Position numbers and translations under genes: made by a program. This document shows, piece after piece, positions 40,485 to 51,525 of a stretch of DNA of 64,000 nucleotides. Origin of the DNA: a virus; IMG/VR virus record IMGVR_UViG_3300011113_000664, positions 106,057 to 170,056 of that record; one strand, 5' to 3'. The notes under the pieces are model-generated. The model ran no database searches. It saw only the letters and a list, made by a program, of their open reading frames with translations, and was not told the origin of the DNA. Every line of letters starts with the position of its first letter. Position 1 is the first letter of the stretch.

Positions 40485-41202
40485 TTTTTTAATAGTAAGT
40501 GCATTTTACAATGCAGCACCTTTTATAGAAAGATGCGTTGGGTCAATTATATCTCAAAATTATGGTAATTATCGTGTTCTTTTTATTGATGATGCATCAA
40601 CTGATGGTACTTTTGAATTGATTGATGAACATGATAAATTTATAAAGGTTAGAAACGATGAAAATAAGGGTTTATTATATAATTATTCACATTACCTTCC
40701 ATTATATGCTAATGATGATGATATAATCGTTGTTGTCGATGGTGATGATGCTTTGCATGGAAATAAATCACTTAGTTATCTAAATGATTTTTACAATGAG
40801 CATGGTTGTATGGTTACATATGGTCAATCCATTTGGACAGATGGTAGAAAAGGGTTTGCAAGACCATACACAGAACAAGAATTTAAAAATTTGAGAAAAA
40901 CACAATTTATTGCATCACATTTAAGAACATTTAAATATATATGCTTTAAAGAAATCATTAATCAAGACCCTGAATTGAATTCTTTTAAAGATGATAATGG
41001 TGAATTCTTAAAAGCTGCACCCGATGTCGCAATAATGTTTCCTGTAATGGAAATTGCAGGATTTGATAGGGTAAAATATATTGATAAAATTTTACATTTG
41101 TATAATTTTCATAATCCATTATCAGAACATAATGTTCACCAACAATTACAATGGGATTGCCATACAATTGTATCAAATAAAAAACCATTAAAAACACTAT
41201 GA
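40474..41202 (+). CDS. Glycosyltransferase family 2
   Basis: 'YNAAPFIERCVGSI.SQ.Y', 'IDDASTDGT', 'VDGDD'. Confidence 0.85.
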   Translation: MQNNFLIVSAFYNAAPFIERCVGSIISQNYGNYRVLFIDDASTDGTFELIDEHDKFIKVRNDENKGLLYNYSHYLPLYANDDDIIVVVDGDDALHGNKSLSYLNDFYNEHGCMVTYGQSIWTDGRKGFARPYTEQEFKNLRKTQFIASHLRTFKYICFKEIINQDPELNSFKDDNGEFLKAAPDVAIMFPVMEIAGFDRVKYIDKILHLYNFHNPLSEHNVHQQLQWDCHTIVSNKKPLKTL

Positions 41203-41954
41203 TTAATCTTATTGTTAATACAAATCACGGATTATTTTCAAATGTATTATGTGCAATGTCAGCACTACATTATGCAGATGATAATAATCTAAATTTAAAT
41301 ATAAATATCACAAATAATAGATATACTGATAATAATGAAAATATTTGGGATTTATTATTTAATCAACCAAAATTAATAAATCCTGAAAGTGAAAATACAC
41401 TTATTGATAATTGGACACCATATGGGTGTACTTTTTGTTCAACTCTAAATGAGACTAATGCTATATTATATCAAAATTTATTAAAAAAATATGATATTAT
41501 AAGACAAAAAGATATAGATATATGTAAAAATTTCTTTCAAGGTGAAGATTTAACAAAAGTTATTGGTATTCATAAAAGAGGAACAGACCATTATCTTCAT
41601 GGTAGTTTTATACCATTGGATAGATATTTTAATAGTATTGATGAAGAAATTGAAAAGAATAAATATGAGAAAGTTTTTTTAATAACTGATGAAGAAGAAA
41701 CTGTTAATCTTTTTATACAAAAATATGGAAGAAATTTAATATATACCGATAGTTTTAGAAGTACTGATAGTAGACCTATTCATGATTATTCTTTTAAAAA
41801 TATAGGTAATAGACTTTTTGATGTTTATCATGATGCATTAAAATTATCACTATGTGATAAAATTATTGTTACATCAAGTAATGTTTCTGCATTTTCAATT
41901 ATTGCCAATAATAATAAATTTAAATATATTGATACTGACATTGTATACAGATGA
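41199..41954 (+). CDS. NodZ/GT23-GT11-like fucosyltransferase
   Basis: 'GLFSN', 'IGIHKRGTDH', 'FLITD', 'LSLCDKII...SNVS'. Confidence 0.7.
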   Translation: MINLIVNTNHGLFSNVLCAMSALHYADDNNLNLNINITNNRYTDNNENIWDLLFNQPKLINPESENTLIDNWTPYGCTFCSTLNETNAILYQNLLKKYDIIRQKDIDICKNFFQGEDLTKVIGIHKRGTDHYLHGSFIPLDRYFNSIDEEIEKNKYEKVFLITDEEETVNLFIQKYGRNLIYTDSFRSTDSRPIHDYSFKNIGNRLFDVYHDALKLSLCDKIIVTSSNVSAFSIIANNNKFKYIDTDIVYR

Positions 41955-42772
41955 TGAATAAACTACCAATTATAGACCATTTATTTTCACATGCTTCAAG
42001 TAGTAGTTTTGATAACCCAATGAATTTTATTTGGGATAGAGAAAATATTTTGAATTATGATTTTGTTATATTGACAGATGATACTTTACATCATGTAGAT
42101 TTTATTAAATCACAAAATAAAAAAGTTTATGCGTGGCTTTTAGAATCACCACATGTAAAACCACATGCAATTGATTTTATAAAAAAAAATTATGATAAAT
42201 TTGATAAAATTTTTACACATAATAAAGAATTATTAGATTTATCTGATAAATTTGTATTACAAACATATGGTGGATGTTGGATTCCAAAAGAAGAAAGAAA
42301 AATTCACGAAAAGACAAAAAGTATTTCATTTATTTCAAGTAGAAAAAGAAGTACTGAAGGACATGTTTTAAGAAATAAAATTCTTGATTACTATAATGTA
42401 AATGAAAAAGATATTGATATATTTGGAAGAGAAATTAACCCAATAGATAATAAAATTGAAGGTCTTAAAGACTATAGATTTTCAATAACTATTGAAAATT
42501 GTAGAGAAGATTTTTATTTTTCCGAAAAATTAATTGATTGTCTACAAACAGGCACTGTACCAATTTATTGGGGTTTACCATCAATAGATAAATTTTTTGA
42601 TAAAAATGGTATAATAACATTTAATAATGTTACAGAACTTTTTTTTATTATTGAAAAAATAAATAATAATGAAATCAAATATGAAGATTATTTAGAAAGT
42701 ATTTTTAATAACTTTCAATTAAGTAAAAAATATTTGTTAGCAGACGATGATATATATAACCTATTAAAATAA
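41951..42772 (+). CDS. GT10-like (alpha-1,3-fucosyltransferase family) glycosyltransferase
   Basis: 'YRFSITIEN...YFSEKLIDC..GTVPIYWG'. Confidence 0.8.
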   Translation: MMNKLPIIDHLFSHASSSSFDNPMNFIWDRENILNYDFVILTDDTLHHVDFIKSQNKKVYAWLLESPHVKPHAIDFIKKNYDKFDKIFTHNKELLDLSDKFVLQTYGGCWIPKEERKIHEKTKSISFISSRKRSTEGHVLRNKILDYYNVNEKDIDIFGREINPIDNKIEGLKDYRFSITIENCREDFYFSEKLIDCLQTGTVPIYWGLPSIDKFFDKNGIITFNNVTELFFIIEKINNNEIKYEDYLESIFNNFQLSKKYLLADDDIYNLLK

Positions 42773-42773
42773 C

Positions 42774-43457
42774 ATGGATTTTACTTTTGGAATTTGCAAA
42801 TCAATTGAATCAGTTCATTTAGAGAATATTATTGACTCAATAAGAAATCAAAATATACCAAATTATGAAATTATAATTGTAGGTTCAAATCATCAAATAC
42901 TTGGTGATGATATTAAAAATATTAATTTTGATGAAACAGAAAAAAGAGGTTGGATAACTAGAAAAAAAAATTTAATCACAAAAAATGCAAAATATGAAAA
43001 TATAGTTTATTTGCATGATTACATTTTTTTTACATATAAATGGTATGAAGGTCAATTAAAAAGTGGTAATGATTTTCATATTAGAATGGATAAAATTATA
43101 AATCTTGATGGTTCAAGATTTAGAGATTGGTGTATATGGCCACATAATAATAATGAAATGGATGAAATAATAAAAAGAGATATTATGATTCCATATAATA
43201 TTACACATTTATCAAAGTATATGTACATATCAGGTGCATATTGGATTGGTAAAAAAAATATAATGAAAGAATATCCACTTGATGAAAATTTATTATGGGG
43301 AGAAAGTGAAGATGTTATTTGGTCAAAACAAATAAGGGAAAAATATCATTTTAATATGAATATTAACTCAACTGTTAAATTATTAAAACAACAGAACAAT
43401 CATGGTTTTGGGCAACCAACACAACAAATTATAAATATTTTAAAAAATTATGAATAA
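42774..43457 (+). CDS. GT2-like glycosyltransferase
   Basis: 'IIDSI..QNIPNYEIIIVG', 'WITRKKN', 'LHDY', 'WGESEDV.WS'. Confidence 0.7.
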   Translation: MDFTFGICKSIESVHLENIIDSIRNQNIPNYEIIIVGSNHQILGDDIKNINFDETEKRGWITRKKNLITKNAKYENIVYLHDYIFFTYKWYEGQLKSGNDFHIRMDKIINLDGSRFRDWCIWPHNNNEMDEIIKRDIMIPYNITHLSKYMYISGAYWIGKKNIMKEYPLDENLLWGESEDVIWSKQIREKYHFNMNINSTVKLLKQQNNHGFGQPTQQIINILKNYE

Positions 43458-44163
43458 AGTAGAATTTATTAAACAAAACTTTAAAGATTTCTATATTGAT
43501 AGAGGTCCTGAAAATGGTATCCTTCAAGGAACAAAATACGCAGGATGTGCAACACATTGTAGAGCATGTTTGAATACAATTGTCAGAATGATTAAACCAA
43601 AATCAATTCTAGAAATTGGTTCTTGGCATTATGATAGTACTAAAATTATGTCAGAAGGTATGAGTACATATTTAAACGATGATGAAGGTACTATCGTAAC
43701 ATTTGATATAAAATATGGTGGATACGATGGTTTTGGTAGTTCAGTAGGATTACACAAAAGAATTAAACCATTGTATTGGTATCCTTATAAAACAGGTTAT
43801 GATACTTGGAAATTTACCGACCCAGGAATTGTTTATAAAGATTTTGTAAATTATGAAAATGAAGAGTTATTTGATATGAATCAAAAAATTCTTGAGGATG
43901 TAACACCTGATGGTGGTTTTGATTTGATTTTTGTTGATGGTGACCACTCTTATGAAGGTGCTAAAAAAGATTGGGAACATGCATTAAAAGTTTCACACAA
44001 AGAAACACTTATTGTAATTGACAATGTTTGGGATATCAGATTAAATGAGGTTAGGAAATTTTATGATGATTTGAAAACAATTAAATGGGATTTTGAAGAA
44101 TGGAATGATGAACATAAAAATGTTAACATGGTTCAAGATACCGCAATCAGTTTAACTTACTAA
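43450..44163 (+). CDS. Class I SAM-dependent methyltransferase (Methyltransf_24-like)
   Basis: 'ILEIGS', 'FDLIFVDGDHSYEGAKKD', 'IVIDN'. Confidence 0.8.
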   Translation: MNKVEFIKQNFKDFYIDRGPENGILQGTKYAGCATHCRACLNTIVRMIKPKSILEIGSWHYDSTKIMSEGMSTYLNDDEGTIVTFDIKYGGYDGFGSSVGLHKRIKPLYWYPYKTGYDTWKFTDPGIVYKDFVNYENEELFDMNQKILEDVTPDGGFDLIFVDGDHSYEGAKKDWEHALKVSHKETLIVIDNVWDIRLNEVRKFYDDLKTIKWDFEEWNDEHKNVNMVQDTAISLTY

Positions 44164-45524
44164 TGATTAAATTAATAATTTTTGATTTAGATGGTGTATT
44201 AGTGGAAGCTAAAAATATTCATTTTGAAGCACTCAATAAAGCATTAAAAGAATATAAAATTAGTTGGGATGAACATTTATCATTTTATGATGGTTTAAAA
44301 ACCAATGAAAAATTAGAAATGCTCCACCAAAAAAAGGGTTTACCAAAAGAATATTTCAAAAATATTTGGAAGGAAAAACAAAAATACACACTTGAAGCTT
44401 TAAAAAATCTAAATCAATCAAATATTTTAATTAATTGTATAGATTCACTTGCTAAAGATGGATATAAACTAGCCGTATGCTCAAATAGCATTCGTAAAAC
44501 AGTATTAACTGTTCTTAGCAGGTTAGGTATAATTGAGTATTTTGATTTGATTTTATCAAACGAAGATGTTAATAATAGCAAACCACATCCTGAAATTTAT
44601 TGGTCTGCAATTTCAAAATTAAATGTACTTCCCGAAGAAACATTAATTGTTGAAGATTCCCCATATGGATTATTAGCAGCTAACAGAAGTAATTCACATA
44701 TTTTAAGGGTTAAATCACCTCATGACGTATTTTATGGTGGTATTAAACAAAAAATATACGAAATTAACACAAGTAGTAAAAATATGAAACCTAAATGGAC
44801 TGATAAAAAACTTAATGTACTAATACCAATGGCAGGTTCAGGTACAAGATTTAGGGAGGCAGGTTATACATTCCCAAAACCATTAATTGATGTCAATAAT
44901 AAACCCATGATTCAGGTTGTTGTTGATAATCTAAATGTAGATGCTAATTTTATATTCGTTGTTCAAAAAGAACATAGAGAAAAATATAATTTAGATACTT
45001 TATTAAATTTGATTTCACCAAATTGCACTGTCATTGAAACGGATGGTGTAACAGAAGGTGCAGCTTGTACTGCATTACTAGCAAAAGAATTTATTGATAA
45101 TGATTCACCATTATTTTTTGCTAATTCAGACCAATTTGTTGAATGGGATTCAACAGAATTTATGTATAAAATGAATGAAACTAATGCCGATGGAGGTATT
45201 GTAACATTTCAATCAACACATCCAAAATGGTCATTTGTTAAATTAGATGAAAATGGTTATGCAACTGAAGTTGCTGAAAAAAAACCAATTTCAAACATAG
45301 CAACTGTTGGTTATTATTATTGGAAACATGGTTCTGATTTTGTTAAATATGCAGAACAAATGATTTTAAAAAATATTAGAGTCAATAATGAATTTTATGT
45401 TTGCCCTGTTTTTAATCAAGCTATTGAAGATGGTAAAAAAATTAGAACATTTGATATTCAAAAAATGTGGGGATTAGGAACACCCGAAGACTTACAAAAT
45501 TTTTTAAATAATTTTAACTCATGA
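44163..45524 (+). CDS. HAD phosphatase fused to a nucleotidyltransferase
   Basis: 'IFDLDGVLV', 'KPHPEIY', 'EDSPYG', then 'IPMAGSGTRF..GY..PKPLI', 'NEFYVCP', 'GLGTPEDL'. Confidence 0.85.
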   Translation: MIKLIIFDLDGVLVEAKNIHFEALNKALKEYKISWDEHLSFYDGLKTNEKLEMLHQKKGLPKEYFKNIWKEKQKYTLEALKNLNQSNILINCIDSLAKDGYKLAVCSNSIRKTVLTVLSRLGIIEYFDLILSNEDVNNSKPHPEIYWSAISKLNVLPEETLIVEDSPYGLLAANRSNSHILRVKSPHDVFYGGIKQKIYEINTSSKNMKPKWTDKKLNVLIPMAGSGTRFREAGYTFPKPLIDVNNKPMIQVVVDNLNVDANFIFVVQKEHREKYNLDTLLNLISPNCTVIETDGVTEGAACTALLAKEFIDNDSPLFFANSDQFVEWDSTEFMYKMNETNADGGIVTFQSTHPKWSFVKLDENGYATEVAEKKPISNIATVGYYYWKHGSDFVKYAEQMILKNIRVNNEFYVCPVFNQAIEDGKKIRTFDIQKMWGLGTPEDLQNFLNNFNS

Positions 45525-46147
45525 TTTTTGTTTTTGGAAATAGTCATGCACATGTGTTTACAAACACACATCCTGCAACACTTGGATTAGGAGGTCAAAA
45601 TGATAATTTTACATCAGTTTCATTAGGTCCAACTATTGCCTATAATTTTTATGAACATCATTATTTAACAATGTTAAATTGGGTTAATCGTTTAAATATT
45701 AATAAGGAAAAAGATTATATTGTTTTAGCGATTGGTGAAGTTGATTGTAGATGGCATTTACCATATCAAGCATCAATACAAAATAAAACAAATGAAGAAA
45801 TCGTAACTGAATGTATTGATAGATATTTTAGAGTTTATCTAGATTTAAAAAATAAAGGTTATAAAATTATTGGTTGGGGAGGCCATCCCTCAACAATAAG
45901 TGGACACAATAATGACCCAAATAATCCTGTTTTTGGTGATTGTTTAACTAGGAATAAGATAAGTTTATATTGGAATAATCTCTTAGAAAAGAAATGTTTA
46001 GACAATGAAATCACATTTATTTCAATTATAAACGATTTAATTGATGAAAATGGTTTAACAAAAATGGAATATTTTGATGATTATTGTCATTTAAATTATA
46101 ATAATATAAAAGATAAATTAAATTATTTATTTAAAAAATTTATATGA
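45521..46147 (+). CDS. SGNH-like hydrolase/acyltransferase
   Basis: 'GNSH', 'GEVDCR', 'DYCHL'. Confidence 0.6.
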   Translation: MIFVFGNSHAHVFTNTHPATLGLGGQNDNFTSVSLGPTIAYNFYEHHYLTMLNWVNRLNINKEKDYIVLAIGEVDCRWHLPYQASIQNKTNEEIVTECIDRYFRVYLDLKNKGYKIIGWGGHPSTISGHNNDPNNPVFGDCLTRNKISLYWNNLLEKKCLDNEITFISIINDLIDENGLTKMEYFDDYCHLNYNNIKDKLNYLFKKFI

Positions 46148-47103
46148 AAAAATTGAAAGTTCATTTTTTAAGATGTGATACGAATCCGAATCTACCAAAT
46201 TATTATGAAAATAATATTTTCTTATATTTGTTAAGAAAAAGATATGATATTGAAATAGTAAATGAAAATCCTGATTTATTGATTTATACTTTATCACATA
46301 ATGGTCATGAATCTTTCAAAGATTGTGTAAAAATATTTCATACAGAAGAACCAGGTTTTTGGGATAAAAATACATATTATAACTATTACAGACCTAGCGA
46401 TGGTGGTTATAAAGAAAGGTTTAGACGTTCAATAGAAGATGCTGATATTATAATGTCATCATATCATATTGAACATGAAAGTCATGTAAGATTTCCATCT
46501 TATTTACTATATTATTATCAAATGTTTATCGATAATAGAATACCAAGTTTTGATTATTTTTTTAATCATAGACATATAGTAAATGATAATTTATTCAATA
46601 GAAAGTTTTGTGCATATATACATCGCCATAATAGAGAAGATTTATTTAGAATTAAATTTTTAAAAAAATTAAATAAATATAAAAATGTCGATATTATTAG
46701 CATACCTGGTGCTTCATATGAAAAAACTGAACATGTAAAAGCAAATTATAAGTTTTGTTTTGGTATGGAAAATACAAATGGTGATTTGTGTTTTGGTGAA
46801 CCTGAAGATGTTAAATATCCAAATATTGGTTATACAACAGAAAAAATTATCGAACCATTTTGCTCAAATACAATTCCCCTTTATTGGGGAAATCAATTAA
46901 TAAATAATGAATTTAATAATAACATGTTTATTAATTGGTATGATTACAATAATGATGAATATATGATAGAAAAAATTATTGAATTAGATAATAATAAAGA
47001 AAAATACATGGAATATTTAAATGGTATTGTGTTTAAACCCGATTATATTAATTCCATGTTTGAAAGATTTTATCAAGTTTTAGAAACAAAATTACATTTT
47101 TAA
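46144..47103 (+). CDS. GT10-like fucosyltransferase
   Basis: 'YKFCFGMEN...GYTTEKIIEPF...TIPLYWG'. Confidence 0.8.
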   Translation: MKKLKVHFLRCDTNPNLPNYYENNIFLYLLRKRYDIEIVNENPDLLIYTLSHNGHESFKDCVKIFHTEEPGFWDKNTYYNYYRPSDGGYKERFRRSIEDADIIMSSYHIEHESHVRFPSYLLYYYQMFIDNRIPSFDYFFNHRHIVNDNLFNRKFCAYIHRHNREDLFRIKFLKKLNKYKNVDIISIPGASYEKTEHVKANYKFCFGMENTNGDLCFGEPEDVKYPNIGYTTEKIIEPFCSNTIPLYWGNQLINNEFNNNMFINWYDYNNDEYMIEKIIELDNNKEKYMEYLNGIVFKPDYINSMFERFYQVLETKLHF

Positions 47104-47957
47104 TGAAAATTACATTATTCAACGATAATCACAGAGGTGATTTGTTTTTAAGTAGAATGTTTATCCAACCACTACTAAATTTAAATGCTGAAATAACATT
47201 TTATCACAATCAAAATAAATATTTTTTTAAAGATATTGAAAAGAAATATTCAAATTTTAAAGAAGTTTGTGGTATACCAAAAGAGATTGATACTAAAGGT
47301 GATGATATACTTGAAAAAAATATAATAAATTGTTGGGTAGCAAAAGGTGGTGGTAAATATGTTAAAAATGAAGGTTGTTCATTTTTTGCATATAAAAACA
47401 TGGTTGATGTAATTTATAAACATTATAACTTAGACATTTATGAGAATAATGAAGAACTTTTACCAATTATAAATTTTGATTATTTAGATTCAAAATCTTT
47501 ACTTAAAGATTTTATGACTAATCTTAAAGATAGATACAAAAAAATCATATTAATATCTAATGGAAATGTTGAGTCAGGTCAAGCAATTAACTTTGATTTT
47601 AACTCAACAATTAATTTTTTAGCAAATAAAAATAAAGATTGTTTATTTTTATTAACACAAAGTACCAATATAAATTTACAAAATGTATTATACACAAGTG
47701 ATATAACAAAATTAAATCCAGATTTATTAGAAATTTCTTATATATCAACTTTTTGTGATATTATTGTTGGAAGAACTTCAGGTCCATATACATTTTGTAC
47801 ACATAAAGATAATATAATGGACAATAATAAAACATTTATATGTTTTTCTTTTAATAAAAAAGAAGGTGCTTGGTTTGAAGATGGTAATGCCAAATGGATA
47901 TGGTCTGATAATCAAAGTGTTACTAATGTTATGTCTTTATTGGACAAAAATATATGA
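47103..47957 (+). CDS. Putative GT-B glycosyltransferase (paralogue of 50671..51525)
   Basis: 'FN.NHRGDL', 'SGQA.NF', 'EISYIST..IVGRTSGPY.F'. Confidence 0.5.
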   Translation: MKITLFNDNHRGDLFLSRMFIQPLLNLNAEITFYHNQNKYFFKDIEKKYSNFKEVCGIPKEIDTKGDDILEKNIINCWVAKGGGKYVKNEGCSFFAYKNMVDVIYKHYNLDIYENNEELLPIINFDYLDSKSLLKDFMTNLKDRYKKIILISNGNVESGQAINFDFNSTINFLANKNKDCLFLLTQSTNINLQNVLYTSDITKLNPDLLEISYISTFCDIIVGRTSGPYTFCTHKDNIMDNNKTFICFSFNKKEGAWFEDGNAKWIWSDNQSVTNVMSLLDKNI

Positions 47958-48361
47958 TTATATATAACCCAACAATTGAAGAACTAAAAGATTTTTTCAT
48001 AAAAAATCAAAAAAATCAAGCAAGTTTTAGATATTTTAAAACTAGAGATTTTGGTATAATAAAAAACCATATTAAAACTATACTTTTAAAATATAAAGAC
48101 AATATAGTTGGGTACGGTCATTTAGATAAAGATGAGAACAACCAAATATGGTTGGGTATTATGGTCTGCGATGAATGTGTTGGTCTTGGTTATGGTAAAA
48201 TCATAATGAATGAACTTTTAAAAAATCAAGATTACAATATAAATCTATCAGTTGATATTGAAAACAATATTGCAAAAAAATTATATGAGAAGAATGGGTT
48301 TATTGTTGTAAAAACAACACCAACATTATATATAATGGAGAAAAATAATCGTATTTTATAA
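47954..48361 (+). CDS. GNAT acetyltransferase
   Basis: 'VGYGHL', 'GLGYGK', 'N..AKKLYEKNGF'. Confidence 0.85.
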   Translation: MIIYNPTIEELKDFFIKNQKNQASFRYFKTRDFGIIKNHIKTILLKYKDNIVGYGHLDKDENNQIWLGIMVCDECVGLGYGKIIMNELLKNQDYNINLSVDIENNIAKKLYEKNGFIVVKTTPTLYIMEKNNRIL

Positions 48362-48372
48362 TAAAAAAAATT

Positions 48373-48681
48373 ATGGCAGATACATTAGGAAATATTGTTG
48401 ACAAATTAATAACTGTTGACATGAAAATGTGGAACAATCAAGAACTTCTTTATGAAATCAGGAGAATGACATTTGAAGAATATCTTGAAAAATATTTTAA
48501 ATCCGAAGATGGTGCAGAAAAACTGTGGCAAATCCTAAAAAAAGCATGTGATTTGAATGTTCAAAGAAATCAATTAATAAATGAAGTTGATGAGAGAATA
48601 ATTGAATTAGTAAATGCAAAAATAAATGGTGAAGATTTAGATAACGGTAAATTCTTACAAAGAACACATAAAACATATTAA
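48373..48681 (+). CDS. DUF4254-like small helical protein
   Basis: 'TLGNIVDKL', 'NVQRNQLINEVD'. Paralogue of 53425..53676. Confidence 0.55.
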   Translation: MADTLGNIVDKLITVDMKMWNNQELLYEIRRMTFEEYLEKYFKSEDGAEKLWQILKKACDLNVQRNQLINEVDERIIELVNAKINGEDLDNGKFLQRTHKTY

Positions 48682-49772
48682 TGATACCAATTTATAAACC
48701 ATATCTTACAAAGGAGAATCTAAAATATGCACACGAAGCAATAGATTCGGGTTGGATTTCATCTCAAGGTGAATATTTAGATTTTTGTAAAAATGAAATT
48801 AAAAATATAATTGGCTCAAATAAAATTATTTTAACAAACAATGGTACTACTGCTACACATTTATTAGCAATAGCATTAAAATATAAATATCCACACATAA
48901 ATAAAATTATTGTACCAAATAATGTTTATGTAGCTGCATGGAATTCATTTTTATTTGATAAAAATTATGAGTTAATACCAATTGATGCTGATTTAGATAC
49001 TTGGAATTTTAATGTTAATGAAATAGAGGACAAAGTAGATGAGAATACAGCTATATTAGTTGTACACAATATTGGTAATGTAGTAAATGTTCCTGAACTT
49101 AAAAGACGTTTTCCAAATACGGTTATTATTGAAGATAATTGTGAAGGATTTTTCGGTAAATATGAGGATAAATATACAGGTACAGAGTCATTTGTATCTT
49201 CTGCATCATTTTTTGCTAATAAAACAATTACATCAGGAGAAGGTGGATTATTTATGACAAATGATGAAGAAGTATTTGATTACATTAACACTGTTAAAAA
49301 TCAAGGACAATCTCAAGAAAAGTTTGTACATAATATTCTTGGATATAATTATAGAATGACAAACATTCAAGCTGCTATTCTATATGGACAATTATTAAAT
49401 ACAAAAGAAATAGTTGAAAAAAAGAAAATTGTATTTAATGAATACAAGAAAAATCTTAAAGATGTTGAATGTATTTCTTTTCAAAAAGAAGAAGAGAATA
49501 CTAAACATTCAATGTGGATGTTTGGTATAAGAATTAATAATTTTAATATTAATAAAAAGAAAGATTTAGAATTACATCTTTATAAATCAGGTATTGAGAC
49601 AAGACCAATGTTTTATGATATAAAAAAACATGATTATTTAAAAAATATTAATACTGAAACTAAAAATGCTGAATTATTACAAACACAGTGTGTGATATTA
49701 CCATCATTTCCAAATCTAACAAAAAGTCAAATAAATTTTATTTGTGACAAAATAATAAAAATAGTAAAATGA
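48681..49772 (+). CDS. DegT/DnrJ/EryC1 sugar aminotransferase (perosamine synthase-like)
   Basis: 'SGWISSQG', 'NGTTA.HL', 'IEDNCE', PLP lysine 'SFFANKTITSGEGG', 'GYNYRMTNIQAA'. Confidence 0.9.
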   Translation: MIPIYKPYLTKENLKYAHEAIDSGWISSQGEYLDFCKNEIKNIIGSNKIILTNNGTTATHLLAIALKYKYPHINKIIVPNNVYVAAWNSFLFDKNYELIPIDADLDTWNFNVNEIEDKVDENTAILVVHNIGNVVNVPELKRRFPNTVIIEDNCEGFFGKYEDKYTGTESFVSSASFFANKTITSGEGGLFMTNDEEVFDYINTVKNQGQSQEKFVHNILGYNYRMTNIQAAILYGQLLNTKEIVEKKKIVFNEYKKNLKDVECISFQKEEENTKHSMWMFGIRINNFNINKKKDLELHLYKSGIETRPMFYDIKKHDYLKNINTETKNAELLQTQCVILPSFPNLTKSQINFICDKIIKIVK

Positions 49773-50674
49773 AGAAAATATTATTTGTTAATCATACACA
49801 ACAAAGATGTGGTGTGTATCAATATGGTAATAGATTATTTAATATTTTAAAAAAATCTAAAAATTATGAATTTATACTAATTGAATCAGACAATGCTTCT
49901 GATTTTTTTAAAATTTACAATGATATTAAACCTGATGGTGTTGTTTTTAATTATCATGGTATAACTTTAAAATGGGTAGACAATGAAGTTTTAAGTAATA
50001 TTACTGTGAAAAAATATAAAGTTGACCATGAATCACCAGGAAATTTACCATTTGATTATATTATTGAGCATGAAATTATATCAAATAAACTTGGTATTGA
50101 AAGACCAATATTTGAAGATGTTCAATTGGAATATAAAAAAAATGATATACTTACATTTGGAAGTTTTGGTTTTGGTTTTAAATATAAAGGATTTGAAAAT
50201 GTATGTGCTACAATAAATAATTTGTACGATGAGGCAATTATTCGTTTAAATATAACATTCCCATTTTATAGTGACCCAAATGGACATATTTCATATGAAA
50301 TTTCACAAAGTTGTCGTTCTGTTATTACAAAACCAAATATAAATTTAATAATAACACATGATTTTTTAAGTGAATTAGATATTTTAAATTTTATGTCGAA
50401 TAATGATATGAATTTATTTTTTTATGAAAATGCAAATGGTAGAGGTCTTTCATCCGTAATGGATTACGCTCTTAGTATTGATAGACCTGTTGCAATAACT
50501 AAGTCTCACATGTTTAGACATGTTTTTGATGCATCACCATCTATTTTTGTTGAAGACTTAGATATTGACACCATTTTAAAAAATGGTACTGAACCAATAA
50601 AAAAATTAAGAGAAAAATTTTCAAATAAAAAATTAATAAATACATTTGAAAATATATTAAATAATACTTTATGA
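49769..50674 (+). CDS. Putative GT4-like glycosyltransferase
   Basis: 'CGVYQYG', 'GSFGFGF.YKGFE', 'GLSSVMDYALS'. Confidence 0.6.
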   Translation: MKKILFVNHTQQRCGVYQYGNRLFNILKKSKNYEFILIESDNASDFFKIYNDIKPDGVVFNYHGITLKWVDNEVLSNITVKKYKVDHESPGNLPFDYIIEHEIISNKLGIERPIFEDVQLEYKKNDILTFGSFGFGFKYKGFENVCATINNLYDEAIIRLNITFPFYSDPNGHISYEISQSCRSVITKPNINLIITHDFLSELDILNFMSNNDMNLFFYENANGRGLSSVMDYALSIDRPVAITKSHMFRHVFDASPSIFVEDLDIDTILKNGTEPIKKLREKFSNKKLINTFENILNNTL

Positions 50675-51525
50675 ATATTGTTAATTTTTTTAATTGCGCT
50701 CATAATGGTGATTTACATATTTCTAGAGAATATGTTAAAGATTTAATTAATATATTAAATCCTGATAAGGTATATTATCATCATTTTAATAATCCTTCAT
50801 TAATGAAAGACTTAAATTGTGAATTTCTTCAATTTGTTCGTCATCCTAATAATATATTCATACCAATTATGAATTCAGATACAGAATTGTACATAGATAC
50901 TTGGATTGGTCAAAATAGAGAAGCATTAAATTTATATTCAGGATGTAATTTCCCATCACTTTACAAAGTGATGAGACATATTTATGAAAAATTTAATATT
51001 ACCCATTTAATGAAGGATATTGAATACTATATACCTTCTATTAATTATGAAATATTTGAAATCGAAAAAGCAAAAAATTATTTTGAAAATAATAAAGATA
51101 AAAAATTTATTTTAGTATGTAATAACGATGTAAGGTCTGGTCAAGCTTCTAATTTCAATATGAATAATCTTATTGAAATGATTTGTGATAAATACACAGA
51201 TTATATTATTATAGCGACAAATAATATGGGAGGTACTATTGATAGAGAAAATTTTATTTTTGCTGATGATATTATTGGTGATACATCAAGCAGTTCAAAT
51301 TTAAATGAAATATCATATATAAGCACTAAAACTTCTCTAATAATTGGTAGGTCATCAGGACCATATAGTTTTACTTTAGTAAAAGAAAATTATAAAAATA
51401 ATAAATTTATTTGCTTGTGTGGTTCTTATGAATATGCTTGGTATTCAAATACAGGTGAAGATATTACATGGAGTGATAATTATGATGAAAACAATATTAT
51501 GGATTTAATTTCTAAAAAAATATGA
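50671..51525 (+). CDS. Putative GT-B glycosyltransferase (paralogue of 47103..47957)
   Basis: 'FNCAHNGDL', 'SGQASNF', 'EISYIST..IIGRSSGPYSF'. Confidence 0.5.
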   Translation: MNIVNFFNCAHNGDLHISREYVKDLINILNPDKVYYHHFNNPSLMKDLNCEFLQFVRHPNNIFIPIMNSDTELYIDTWIGQNREALNLYSGCNFPSLYKVMRHIYEKFNITHLMKDIEYYIPSINYEIFEIEKAKNYFENNKDKKFILVCNNDVRSGQASNFNMNNLIEMICDKYTDYIIIATNNMGGTIDRENFIFADDIIGDTSSSSNLNEISYISTKTSLIIGRSSGPYSFTLVKENYKNNKFICLCGSYEYAWYSNTGEDITWSDNYDENNIMDLISKKI